This document shows positions 1 to 7,777 of a DNA stretch of 64,000 nucleotides, piece by piece. The position numbers were made by a program, and so were the translations under genes. The stretch is from a virus. The DNA lies in IMG/VR virus record IMGVR_UViG_3300027710_000027. One strand, 5' to 3'. Within the stretch, counting starts at the first letter, position 1. Each line of letters starts with the position of its first letter. Under the pieces are notes generated by a model. That model did not search any database. It was not told where the DNA came from and saw nothing but the letters and a program-made list of their open reading frames with translations.

Positions 1-428
1 AGGTGGGTGCTAACTCAGACATTGAGCAGAAGGAGAAGAAGGACCGGGTGGACGATGCGGTGTGTGCAGTACGTGCAGCACTAGAAGAGGGCATCCTGCC
101 AGGTGGTGGCGTGGCGTTGAAGGACATCGCTGCTAAAATGGATGAGAATAACAAGGGTGATGAGATACTGCGCCTAGCAATGGTGGCACCAATGATGCGC
201 ATACTAGCTAACGCTGGGATCGACGTGAACGCAGAAGACTTTGACCAGGGACAGCAGTTATCAAAAGAGGGACTAGGCATCAACGTTGCAACAGGGGCCT
301 ACTGCCACATGATGAGCGTTGGGATCATTGACCCGACCAAGGTGACTAAAGAAGCTCTCAAGAACGCTGTGTCAGTGGCTACCACATTACTGTCAACAGA
401 GACTGTCATAACTAACATCCGTGCATAA
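1..428 (+). CDS. groEL: Chaperonin GroEL (Cpn60), C-terminal part; 5' truncated by the window edge
   Basis: KEKKDRVDDAVCAVRAALEEGILPGGGVAL and GIIDPTKVTKEALKNAVSVA are GroEL signature segments; no GGM tail. Confidence 0.97.
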   Translation, partial: VGANSDIEQKEKKDRVDDAVCAVRAALEEGILPGGGVALKDIAAKMDENNKGDEILRLAMVAPMMRILANAGIDVNAEDFDQGQQLSKEGLGINVATGAYCHMMSVGIIDPTKVTKEALKNAVSVATTLLSTETVITNIRA

Positions 429-749
429 TATATTATACATTTATATGCTATTTGGTATAAAATGTATAATATAGTTTACAAATTCGGTAACAAATTTTGC
501 CAAAATACGTTACAAAATAGTGCAAAATTCGGTAGTAATACTACGGATATTTGAGAAAATGTTAACTTATAAGTTAACAAATGTTAAAAATCCAAACCAA
601 TATGGGATGGGAAATGACAAAAATCCAAGGCAATAGTGTATATTAGTAATGCACACTATTGACTAAACTTGTCAAAAATTGCAAGTTCTGATAATAAGGT
701 TAAATAAAATTTACAAATTTGTAAAGAAATCTAAAATATAATTAATGTT
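429..749. repeat. Intergenic array of palindromes and inverted repeats
   Basis: 14-bp IR at 429-442/460-473; 20-bp palindrome TGTTAACTTATAAGTTAACA at 560-579; 9-bp IR at 631-639/653-661; 16-bp palindrome TTTACAAATTTGTAAA at 710-725. Confidence 0.75.
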
Positions 750-1007
750 ATGAAGGTAATTGGAAAGAATATTCTAATAGTCCCAATGGAAGAGGACACA
801 AAATCAAAAGGGGGGCTTATTATGTCCGCATCGGACGTAAATGAGCTACGCTACAAGAAAGCTACCGTGGTATCACAAGGCTCGCTAGTAGATGGCATAA
901 AGCCAGGCTCATTTATTTACTTCGATCGTGCAGCTGGCCACAGTATTCGCATTAATGAGGACCTATATACGGTCATCACCGAGAAAGATGTGGTGGTGGT
1001 GCTTTAA
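750..1007 (+). CDS. groES: Co-chaperonin GroES (Cpn10)
   Basis: 85 aa; ILIVPMEEDTKSKGGLIM mobile loop; ends YTVITEKDVVVVL; follows groEL. Confidence 0.9.
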   Translation: MKVIGKNILIVPMEEDTKSKGGLIMSASDVNELRYKKATVVSQGSLVDGIKPGSFIYFDRAAGHSIRINEDLYTVITEKDVVVVL

Positions 1008-1510
1008 AAGTCTTTATTAAGTCTACCAATGACCCTGTCATATTGCCTTTTGGCAAAGTGATGGGGTTTATTGTTTTTAGGCTTGATATCAGATAGCTTA
1101 GGAATAGGTTTTTCGCCTTGCAACATCTCATAAACTTGACGCATGATGGTCTTTGCTTGGTATGATAGCTCATAAATAGCCCTTTTGCCAGGCTCAGGCT
1201 TCCTAAAGTGCACAACTAGACCCTTATCCATTAAATCTTTGCGTCTATTTTGGGTAAATCCAAAGATTTGGCAGTATTGATCGAATTGGTTAGCATCAAA
1301 TACGTGCTCGGAGTACAAATAGCACAGCATTTCAAAGTCATCTAGGCTTAATCCATGCTTATGACGGGCCCAAGCACGCACAACTTTAATGTATTTTAGA
1401 AAGTCTTTGTCGACAGCCTCACGTCTGATAACTATCGGTTTAACCTTGTATTCACGCACTTTAATAGCCCTTGGCTTTATGTGCCTAGGCTTCATATATG
1501 TTTTGATCAT
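1004..1510 (-). CDS. Winged-helix (MarR-like) DNA-binding protein
   Basis: LSLDDFEMLCYLY...LMDKGLVVHF...IYELSYQAK pattern resembles a wHTH with wing. Confidence 0.55.
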   Translation of the reverse strand: MIKTYMKPRHIKPRAIKVREYKVKPIVIRREAVDKDFLKYIKVVRAWARHKHGLSLDDFEMLCYLYSEHVFDANQFDQYCQIFGFTQNRRKDLMDKGLVVHFRKPEPGKRAIYELSYQAKTIMRQVYEMLQGEKPIPKLSDIKPKNNKPHHFAKRQYDRVIGRLNKDF

Positions 1511-1539
1511 TAAATTAAATTTAGTATTACAAAATTACT

Positions 1540-1547
1540 TATCTTTG
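1540..1547 (+). promoter_or_regulatory. Bacteroidota sigma70 -7 box
   Basis: TATCTTTG matches TAnnTTTG, 20 nt upstream of ATG 1567. Confidence 0.75.
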
Positions 1548-1566
1548 CCAAATAATACTACATAAC

Positions 1567-1881
1567 ATGGAAAAGCCAAAAACAACAAAAAAATTAAAGC
1601 CGGGTCAAATTACTGCTGAACGTGCTTACCAATTATCAGATTCTTTAGCAAAAGCAAGTGCAAGACCTGTTAGATTTGGTTCCGCTCAACAAGCTAAATC
1701 AGACCTTAGATCTAAAGAAGCAGATAGACTTAAGTCTCAAATGCTAAAAAAGAGAGCTGACGAAGCTATCAAGAAATCAGGTGGAGTTATTCGTGAATAC
1801 CGCATGGATGTATCATCTGCTAATAAGGCAGTAGGCCGTGATATGCCATTACCTCCATCTTCTCAATTATTTGACGCTTAG
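1567..1881 (+). CDS. Small basic protein with C-terminal GRDxPLPP motif
   Basis: Lys/Arg-rich 104 aa ORF downstream of a promoter. Confidence 0.75.
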   Translation: MEKPKTTKKLKPGQITAERAYQLSDSLAKASARPVRFGSAQQAKSDLRSKEADRLKSQMLKKRADEAIKKSGGVIREYRMDVSSANKAVGRDMPLPPSSQLFDA

Positions 1882-1887
1882 TAATAA

Positions 1888-2268
1888 ATGAAAAACGTTA
1901 TCAAGAAAGCTGCTAAATTTGAGTCCGCTAAATCTTTAGATGGATATATGAGCTTCTTAAAAGGTAACGCAGGAAAAATAAATGATATGAAAAATCAACC
2001 AAAGGGTTCTAAAACACTTAAAAGCACTAGGGTTAATGCAAAAAAACTTTGGAGCTATGCTAATAACTTAGAAAAAGAAGCTGAGGCTAATAAGTTTATG
2101 AGCAATGTACTAGATCAAGCAGGAATGAAAAAGTCTTCGGCTGGTTACTTCCGTTTATCTGAAGAGCAAGGGTCAAAGTCTACTAAATATAGAGATAGGG
2201 CAATAAAAGCAATAAATAAAGCAACAGGTAGAGATATTCCTTTGCCTCCAACAGAATTCAACAGTTAA
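1888..2268 (+). CDS. Small basic protein with C-terminal GRDxPLPP motif
   Basis: Lys-rich 126 aa ORF; C-terminal motif shared with 1567..1881. Confidence 0.75.
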   Translation: MKNVIKKAAKFESAKSLDGYMSFLKGNAGKINDMKNQPKGSKTLKSTRVNAKKLWSYANNLEKEAEANKFMSNVLDQAGMKKSSAGYFRLSEEQGSKSTKYRDRAIKAINKATGRDIPLPPTEFNS

Positions 2269-2269
2269 T

Positions 2270-2413
2270 ATGGCAAAGCAAGAGAAAACACCGATGACAC
2301 GCCCAATGCCTAAAACAACAACAGGCATCGCAAAATTAGCTGCGGCTAAGAAAGAAATGAAGGTAGCTAAGATAATGAAGGCTGCCAAAGTAATGAAAAA
2401 GATGTCTAAATAA
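2270..2413 (+). CDS. 47-aa Lys/Ala/Met-rich microprotein (histone H1-like composition)
   Basis: Manual translation MAKQEKTPMTRPMPKTTTGIAKLAAAKKEMKVAKIMKAAKVMKKMSK; packed between neighbours; not in the ORF track. Confidence 0.65.
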   Translation: MAKQEKTPMTRPMPKTTTGIAKLAAAKKEMKVAKIMKAAKVMKKMSK

Positions 2414-2421
2414 AAAATAAA

Positions 2422-2883
2422 ATGGCAGAGAAAAAACCAAAAACTAAAGCAAAAGTAGCTTCGACTACTAAGCCTAAGTACCCACAAGCTGAATTGAAAA
2501 ATATTGGTATGGGTTATGACAAAATTGGATTCAAGAACTCAGCAATCGATATGCTTAAGAGTAAAATGAATGCACAGATTGAAGAGCAAGCTGATATTGT
2601 TCCTGAGAAATTCATGCCTGCAAGACCACAAATGAGTTCTAAAGAATTCCCTCTTCGTAGAGAAGGTTGGCCTGGTGGGGTAATGATGGATTATAGCAAG
2701 CGCAATGAATACATCAAAAAAGCATACGAGGGATATGGCGAGTTAACAGGCAAAAAAGGTGTTAGCAAGAAATCTTATGGTAAATACAAAAATTTGATGG
2801 AAGCTTATCGTAAAGACCCAAGTTTAGATGCTAACATTTCAGCGACTATTTACGAAGAGCAACTAAAAAATAAGAAAAAATAA
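2422..2883 (+). CDS. Lys-rich hypothetical protein
   Basis: 153 aa ORF with A-rich leader. Confidence 0.7.
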   Translation: MAEKKPKTKAKVASTTKPKYPQAELKNIGMGYDKIGFKNSAIDMLKSKMNAQIEEQADIVPEKFMPARPQMSSKEFPLRREGWPGGVMMDYSKRNEYIKKAYEGYGELTGKKGVSKKSYGKYKNLMEAYRKDPSLDANISATIYEEQLKNKKK

Positions 2884-3078
2884 ATGCAAGGCTTAGGAGA
2901 CGTAGTCGCCAAAGTTACGCAGGTAACAGGTATTGCAGCCGCTGTTAAAGCCATAGTAGGTGATGACTGCGGCTGTGCTGCTAGAAAGGAACGCATGAAC
3001 GCAATGTTCCCATTCCAAACAGGCAAGGATCAGTATTATACAGAAAAAATAAAAGATGGCAAAGAGCAAAGTAAATGA
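2884..3078 (+). CDS. Small conserved phage protein (GDDCGC motif)
   Basis: GLGDVVAKVT...DDCGCAARKERMN pattern typical of uncultured phage small proteins. Confidence 0.65.
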   Translation: MQGLGDVVAKVTQVTGIAAAVKAIVGDDCGCAARKERMNAMFPFQTGKDQYYTEKIKDGKEQSK

Positions 3079-3232
3079 GGCAGGTAATTATACCAAGCCT
3101 ACTATGAGAAAGGCTTTGTTTAGTAAAATAAAATCCGGATCAAAAGGCGGTGACCCTGGTGAATGGTCAGCTAGAAAAGCACAATTATTAGCTAGAGAAT
3201 ATAAAAGCAAAGGCGGTGGCTACAAGAACTAA
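3056..3232 (+). CDS. DUF5872-like N-terminal half, basic microprotein
   Basis: Manual translation MAKSKVNEAGNYTKPTMRKALFSKIKSGSKGGDPGEWSARKAQLLAREYKSKGGGYKN. Confidence 0.7.
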   Translation: MAKSKVNEAGNYTKPTMRKALFSKIKSGSKGGDPGEWSARKAQLLAREYKSKGGGYKN

Positions 3233-3488
3233 ATCACAACAAAGTCTAAAAGATTGGAGCGACCAAAAATGGATGACCTCTGGGACTCATACCAATAAAA
3301 AGAAAGGCTCGTCTAAAGAAGTAAAATCCGAAGGCAAGAAGCGTTATCTTCCGGAGTCTGCTTGGAGTGCATTGTCTTCATCACAGAAGGCGGCTACAAA
3401 CAAGGCAAAAGCAGAAGGTAATAGCAAAGGCAAGCAATTTGTTTCTCAGCCTAAATCAGTAAAAGAAAAAACTAAAAAATTTAGATAG
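3216..3488 (+). CDS. DUF5872-like C-terminal half, basic protein
   Basis: SQQSLKDWSDQKW...KRYLPESAW...GKQFVSQP; GTG start overlaps the previous ORF. Confidence 0.7.
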   Translation: MATRTKSQQSLKDWSDQKWMTSGTHTNKKKGSSKEVKSEGKKRYLPESAWSALSSSQKAATNKAKAEGNSKGKQFVSQPKSVKEKTKKFR

Positions 3489-3490
3489 TT

Positions 3491-3796
3491 ATGGCAGATA
3501 TAAAAAGCATGCTTGATAGATATGGTTTAGAGGGTGTAAATAAACCCAAAAGACAAACTTCTGGAGGCAAGTCGCATGTTGTATTAGCAAAGGAAGGCGA
3601 TGATGTTAAGTTAATTCGTTTTGGCCAAGCCGGTGTTAAGACAAACCAAACAGCTGGACAAAGGGAGGCTTTCAAATCTCGTCACGCTAAAAATATTGCT
3701 AAGGGCAAAATGTCTGCGGCTTATTGGGCAGACAAAGTAAAGTGGAGTCCAAGTAAAACAGCATCTCCATCTAAAAAATGGGTTAAAGGATCATAA
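3491..3796 (+). CDS. Conserved basic phage protein
   Basis: KSHVVLAK...LIRFGQ...FKSRH...SAAYWADKVKW. Confidence 0.7.
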   Translation: MADIKSMLDRYGLEGVNKPKRQTSGGKSHVVLAKEGDDVKLIRFGQAGVKTNQTAGQREAFKSRHAKNIAKGKMSAAYWADKVKWSPSKTASPSKKWVKGS

Positions 3797-3797
3797 A

Positions 3798-4076
3798 ATG
3801 GCAGGACGCACATCTGAATATTATAAAAAAAACCCAGAGGCTAGAGCTAAACGCTTGGCTTATCAGGCTAAGTACAATCAACGACCCGAGCAACTCGAGA
3901 AACGCATTGAGCTAAACAAGATCAATCGTGACCGTGGGCAGTATGCTGACAAGGATGGCAAAGACATGAGCCACAAAAAGAATGGCCGTGTGATAGAAGA
4001 ATCTGCTAGTAAAAACCGTGGTTCAAAGTCAAATACGGCAGGCGATAGACGTGCTCGTGGAGGCAAAAAAAAATAA
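3798..4076 (+). CDS. Basic protein, possibly degenerate HNH-like
   Basis: DGKDMSHKKNG...SKNRG resembles a reduced HNH-like pattern. Confidence 0.5.
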   Translation: MAGRTSEYYKKNPEARAKRLAYQAKYNQRPEQLEKRIELNKINRDRGQYADKDGKDMSHKKNGRVIEESASKNRGSKSNTAGDRRARGGKKK

Positions 4077-4105
4077 TTAACTTTGTAATTCAAAAGATAT
4101 AAATT

Positions 4106-4234
4106 ATGAAAAAGGTTAGCAAAAAAACAGCGTTTGACATCAAAGAAGCTAGTAATCAAAAATTGACAGCAAAGGCACGTAAGAACTACGCAGAGAATGC
4201 ACAAGCTGCAATGAAAAATAAAAAGAAGAAATAA
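4106..4234 (+). CDS. 42-aa Lys-rich microprotein
   Basis: Manual translation MKKVSKKTAFDIKEASNQKLTAKARKNYAENAQAAMKNKKKK; TAACTTTG box at 4078-4085. Confidence 0.65.
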   Translation: MKKVSKKTAFDIKEASNQKLTAKARKNYAENAQAAMKNKKKK

Positions 4235-4235
4235 G

Positions 4236-4499
4236 ATGGGAGTTTTAAATTATGTACAGTCGGGGCGTGCTGCAGCAGTAACGCCATCCAACACCACTAA
4301 CATTCCTAGCGTATCAGGAGGCACAAATGATGAGGGATGTATCCTTTACATTGGTGGAGCTGGTAACCTAAAGGTGTTAACTATTGGTGGCGACGAGGTT
4401 ACATTCTTCGCAGTTCCAGCAGGCACTACTCTTCAGGTTCGTGTTAGAAGAGTTTTTGCTACAGGCACAGCAGCTACTAACATTGTTGCTCTTTGGTAA
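4236..4499 (+). CDS. Head spike base protein (RcGTA Rcc01079-like)
   Basis: AAAVTPS...LYIGGAGNLKV...VTFFAVPAGT.L.VRV.RVFATGT.AT.IVALW matches the family pattern as I recall it. Confidence 0.8.
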   Translation: MGVLNYVQSGRAAAVTPSNTTNIPSVSGGTNDEGCILYIGGAGNLKVLTIGGDEVTFFAVPAGTTLQVRVRRVFATGTAATNIVALW

Positions 4500-4500
4500 C

Positions 4501-4665
4501 ATGACAGAGGAGGATTTGAAAATAGGTGTGTTAAACACGATAACTTTGATGTTGTCGTTTACCACAATAGAGGCAACTCTTCGTGTGGCATTATTAGGTG
4601 TGTCCATAGTCTATACAGGATTCAAGTTATATAAACTTATAAAAGAAAGAAAGAAATGGCTTTAA
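4501..4665 (+). CDS. Small membrane protein (holin-like)
   Basis: ATG 4501; two hydrophobic segments and a basic C-tail (KLIKERKKWL); upstream of the endolysin. Confidence 0.55.
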   Translation: MTEEDLKIGVLNTITLMLSFTTIEATLRVALLGVSIVYTGFKLYKLIKERKKWL

Positions 4666-4943
4666 TTGACATTTTTAAAGACGACAACGAGATTAACGAA
4701 AAGTCGGTTTTAGGTTTTGCATCATTCGTAGTTTTGGTGGCCTATGGGACAGTTGATATCGTTACAGGGGCATTACAACAGCAGTTTGTTATTGAGCCGA
4801 TTATATTAGAGATTTTTGCAGGATTAACTGCGGCTTGTTTTGGCATCTCAGCATTTGAGAAAGTAAAGAACCGCCAAAACGAAACAGAAAGACAAAAAGC
4901 CCTAGGTGGCCAAATCGAGCCATATGAAGAGTCTGAAGGTTAG
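4656..4943 (+). CDS. Two-TM membrane protein (holin-like)
   Basis: INEKSVLGFASFVVLV and IFAGLTAACFGISAFEK hydrophobic helices. Confidence 0.55.
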   Translation: MALIDIFKDDNEINEKSVLGFASFVVLVAYGTVDIVTGALQQQFVIEPIILEIFAGLTAACFGISAFEKVKNRQNETERQKALGGQIEPYEESEG

Positions 4944-5538
4944 TATTATTATGTTTGTCATCAGCATGGTGCTTCTAGTTCTCTTTATGAGAGAAAGAAG
5001 TAGGAATGCTGAGGTAAAGCCTAATGACACGATTACTGTTCATGATACTACTTGGAAGAGATACGATTCAGTAATTGTCAAGAAAGTACCCATTTACAAA
5101 GAGGTGATTGTAGAGGTGGCATCCAAACCAGAGATGCTACCTGATACAAACTATGCTCGATTGAAAGAGCAGTACATGGCTCTATTAAAATTGTATATAA
5201 ACAAAGTTGTTTACAAAGATACAATCAAGATAGGCGATTACGGGTACATTGCTGTCTTGGACACGGTTAAAGAAAATAAAATAACATATAGACGCACACG
5301 TGATAATTTTAGTATACCGGTTGTTAAAGAGACTAAAACTATTACTAAGTATGCACCACCAGTCCGTCAATTATACGTTGGAGGTGGCGTTATGGTTAAC
5401 AACTCCCTTGGGGTAAGAGGTGCACAGGCAGGCTTAATTTATAAAACAAAAAAGGACAACATCTATAATATCACAGCTGGAGCTAATGTAGACGGCACGG
5501 TTATGTATGGTGTGTATTACTATTATAAACTAAAGTAA
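4924..5538 (+). CDS. Membrane-anchored periplasmic protein (spanin-like candidate)
   Basis: N-terminal TM, VHDT/YKDTI repeats and beta-rich C-terminus; immediately upstream of the endolysin. Confidence 0.5.
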   Translation: MKSLKVSIIMFVISMVLLVLFMRERSRNAEVKPNDTITVHDTTWKRYDSVIVKKVPIYKEVIVEVASKPEMLPDTNYARLKEQYMALLKLYINKVVYKDTIKIGDYGYIAVLDTVKENKITYRRTRDNFSIPVVKETKTITKYAPPVRQLYVGGGVMVNNSLGVRGAQAGLIYKTKKDNIYNITAGANVDGTVMYGVYYYYKLK

Positions 5539-5539
5539 A

Positions 5540-6400
5540 ATGCTATTAAGAGTAGGATCAACAGGAGAAGAAGTAAAGAAGCTCCAAGCATTACTTGGCG
5601 TAGATGTCATTGGTAAGTTTGGGCCAAAGACAGAAGCCGCTGTCAAAGGATGGCAGTCTGCTAACGGCTTGACTCCTGATGGCATAGTTGGGCCTAATAC
5701 TTGGGCAAAGATGTTTGCTCCAGTTGTATTTGCTCCTAGTGCTCATACAATTGAAGTTCCTGCATTACTAACAACTACAGGAGGTGCAGGATTGCCAGTA
5801 TTCAAACTAGATGCACTTAAAGGTCATATACCGCAAGCAGTGATTGATCAGATTCCTGATACAGCTGCCAGATTTGGGATTACTAATACATTAAGACTTG
5901 CTCATTTCTTGGCTCAATGTGGCCATGAGAGCGGAGGCTTTAGAGCTGTTCAAGAAAACTTAAACTATGGTGCGAAGGGCTTGCTTACTATCTTTAAGAA
6001 ATACTTTAAGACTATTGAGAAAGCAAAAGCATACGAACGAAAGCCTGAGAAGATTGCTAACTTAGTTTATGGTAACAGAATGGGTAATGGTAGCGAAGCA
6101 TCAGGAGACGGGTGGAAGCACCGTGGAAGAGGCTATATCCAGCTCACTGGTAAGGACAATTATGAAGCATTTGATGCCACAGTACCTGAAAACATTATGG
6201 CTAATCCAGACTTGGTTGCAACTAAATATGCCTTAGCTTCGGCAGGGTTCTTTTTTAAGAAGAATAACTTGTGGTCAATATGCGACAGAGGTAGTTCTCC
6301 AGATGTTGTAACTTCGGTAACTAAAAGAGTAAATGGCGGTACAATTGGGCTTGCCGATAGACAAAAACATTTCAAAGAATACTATAACCTATTAAGCTAA
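5540..6400 (+). CDS. Endolysin: peptidoglycan-binding domain plus GH19 glycoside hydrolase
   Basis: LLRVGSTGEEVKKLQ...DGIVGPNTW (PG_binding_1); LAHFLAQCGHESGG and RGRGYIQLTGKDNY (GH19). Confidence 0.93.
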   Translation: MLLRVGSTGEEVKKLQALLGVDVIGKFGPKTEAAVKGWQSANGLTPDGIVGPNTWAKMFAPVVFAPSAHTIEVPALLTTTGGAGLPVFKLDALKGHIPQAVIDQIPDTAARFGITNTLRLAHFLAQCGHESGGFRAVQENLNYGAKGLLTIFKKYFKTIEKAKAYERKPEKIANLVYGNRMGNGSEASGDGWKHRGRGYIQLTGKDNYEAFDATVPENIMANPDLVATKYALASAGFFFKKNNLWSICDRGSSPDVVTSVTKRVNGGTIGLADRQKHFKEYYNLLS

Positions 6401-6528
6401 TGGCAAAATCAAAAGTATCATCCGAAGCAAAGAAGATTACATTCGGAGTACGTCGTAAGGGCAAGCATGCTAAGACATCAGGACCAAAAGACAAAAAAAC
6501 TAAACGTAACAGAGGGCAAGGAAGATAA
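6400..6528 (+). CDS. 42-aa basic microprotein ending RGQGR
   Basis: Manual translation MAKSKVSSEAKKITFGVRRKGKHAKTSGPKDKKTKRNRGQGR; TAATG coupling on both sides. Confidence 0.65.
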   Translation: MAKSKVSSEAKKITFGVRRKGKHAKTSGPKDKKTKRNRGQGR

Positions 6529-6671
6529 TGAGAGCAGCTATTTTTATCGTATCGTGTATAGTTGCAACTGCCTTATGCATTGATGCGTACTTTATATACT
6601 TGCATTTCTTTGATAATAACAAAGCCAAACAAATCATATCTTTAGTTGATAAAAAACTAACCCCTAATTAA
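6528..6671 (+). CDS. 47-aa single-TM protein
   Basis: Manual translation MRAAIFIVSCIVATALCIDAYFIYLHFFDNNKAKQIISLVDKKLTPN. Confidence 0.5.
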   Translation: MRAAIFIVSCIVATALCIDAYFIYLHFFDNNKAKQIISLVDKKLTPN

Positions 6672-6673
6672 TA

Positions 6674-6958
6674 ATGGCACTTAAAAAAGTCGACACTAAC
6701 CCATTACCTATATCATTCAAAGATTTTGCCAAGAACCCAGTTGTTGGCACTTTATTTTTAGCATTAATCGGAATATCATATTTATACATTGATGTTCGTA
6801 ATACATTCACAGACCAAATAGAAAGACAAAATGGCAAAATCGACAAAATGGAAATCAAAGTTGATGCGTGTACTAATCAGTTACGCAGGTCCGATTCTCT
6901 CCTCTCAGCTAGTTCGAGTAAAATCATGGTTCTACAACAATTGGGTCAAATAAAATGA
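6674..6958 (+). CDS. TM plus coiled-coil protein
   Basis: VGTLFLALIGISYLYI TM followed by heptad repeats. Confidence 0.6.
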   Translation: MALKKVDTNPLPISFKDFAKNPVVGTLFLALIGISYLYIDVRNTFTDQIERQNGKIDKMEIKVDACTNQLRRSDSLLSASSSKIMVLQQLGQIK

Positions 6959-7326
6959 GAAGTCTAGTTTTTATCTTTTCGGTTATCGTTTTGTTTTCTT
7001 GCTCATCGGTAATAGCTGATCAAGATAAAAAAGAGAATGACTTAGATAATAAAAACGTTGTAGCAAAGGATGATGACTTTGCTGCGATTATGTTGCGTTC
7101 TCAAAAAACAGGATTGTTTGCATCTAGTGCTGTGACGAAAGCTGATAAGGCTGTGGTTAGTAAGATAGAAGTTACTGTTCAGAAAATAGATAAACTTGAA
7201 GATAAAATAGAAAACCTAACCAAGACCAATGAAGAATTACAAGTCAAAGCTAATAGTTTTATTATTGAGCCTTATATTATTGAGCCACTTATCGATAGCA
7301 CAGTATCCAAAAAGAATAATCAATAA
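6955..7326 (+). CDS. Putative lipoprotein with coiled coil
   Basis: Signal MRSLVFIFSVIVLFSC with lipobox-like LFSC. Confidence 0.55.
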   Translation: MRSLVFIFSVIVLFSCSSVIADQDKKENDLDNKNVVAKDDDFAAIMLRSQKTGLFASSAVTKADKAVVSKIEVTVQKIDKLEDKIENLTKTNEELQVKANSFIIEPYIIEPLIDSTVSKKNNQ

Positions 7327-7645
7327 AGATACTCTTGTTGTGATGACCGAAGGTCAAGCAAAAGAAATCAACAATACATTTAAATATTTAAGGTCAGATA
7401 ACGACAAGAAAAAAGCTACTGCTGATTCACTTCGCACGTTAGTTGGTGCGTTTGATGAAGAACGTAACAAGTACAGTAATTATCTTAAAAACGCAGAGAA
7501 CGCTTATTTACTAAGCAAAAAAGAGAATCAAATACTCTTGGATTCACATAAATCATTAAAAATAGGCAAAGTTGCACAAGACATTAGTGTACTTACTTTA
7601 ATGTTTACTATTGTGATGTTATTTAAAGTAACATCTGGTAGATAA
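7229..7645 (+). CDS. Exported coiled-coil protein with C-terminal TM
   Basis: N-terminal signal-like segment and C-terminal ISVLTLMFTIVMLF; overlaps the previous gene by 98 nt. Confidence 0.55.
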   Translation: MKNYKSKLIVLLLSLILLSHLSIAQYPKRIINKDTLVVMTEGQAKEINNTFKYLRSDNDKKKATADSLRTLVGAFDEERNKYSNYLKNAENAYLLSKKENQILLDSHKSLKIGKVAQDISVLTLMFTIVMLFKVTSGR

Positions 7646-7669
7646 CTTGTTTTTTATATTATTTATTTT

Positions 7670-7677
7670 TACATTTG
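7670..7677 (+). promoter_or_regulatory. Bacteroidota sigma70 -7 box for the HNH cassette
   Basis: TACATTTG. Confidence 0.7.
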
Positions 7678-7684
7678 CCATGTA

Positions 7685-7767
7685 GTTGCCATCTCACATT
7701 ACGCAACAAAGACAAAAACAGTCCTATAAATGAAACCGAGGTGAGATGCGGTGGATTTTGTAGGACT
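7685..7767 (+). ncRNA. Candidate structured 5' leader (two hairpins with complementary loops)
   Basis: Stem GTTGC/GCAAC; stem AGTCCTATAAA/TTTGTAGGACT with inner ACCG/CGGT; loop sequences CATCTCAC (7690-7697) and GTGAGATG (7741-7748) are perfectly complementary. Confidence 0.55.
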
Positions 7768-7777
7768 TATTTTTTAT

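Noticed and set aside
462-637. Two 25-30 codon ORFs in the groEL-groES spacer
   Set aside because: Too short, no coupling, and explained by the palindromic structure
1-1007. groEL/groES as host chromosomal contamination
   Set aside because: Divergent sequence, no GGM tail, groEL-then-groES order, and contiguous with phage genes
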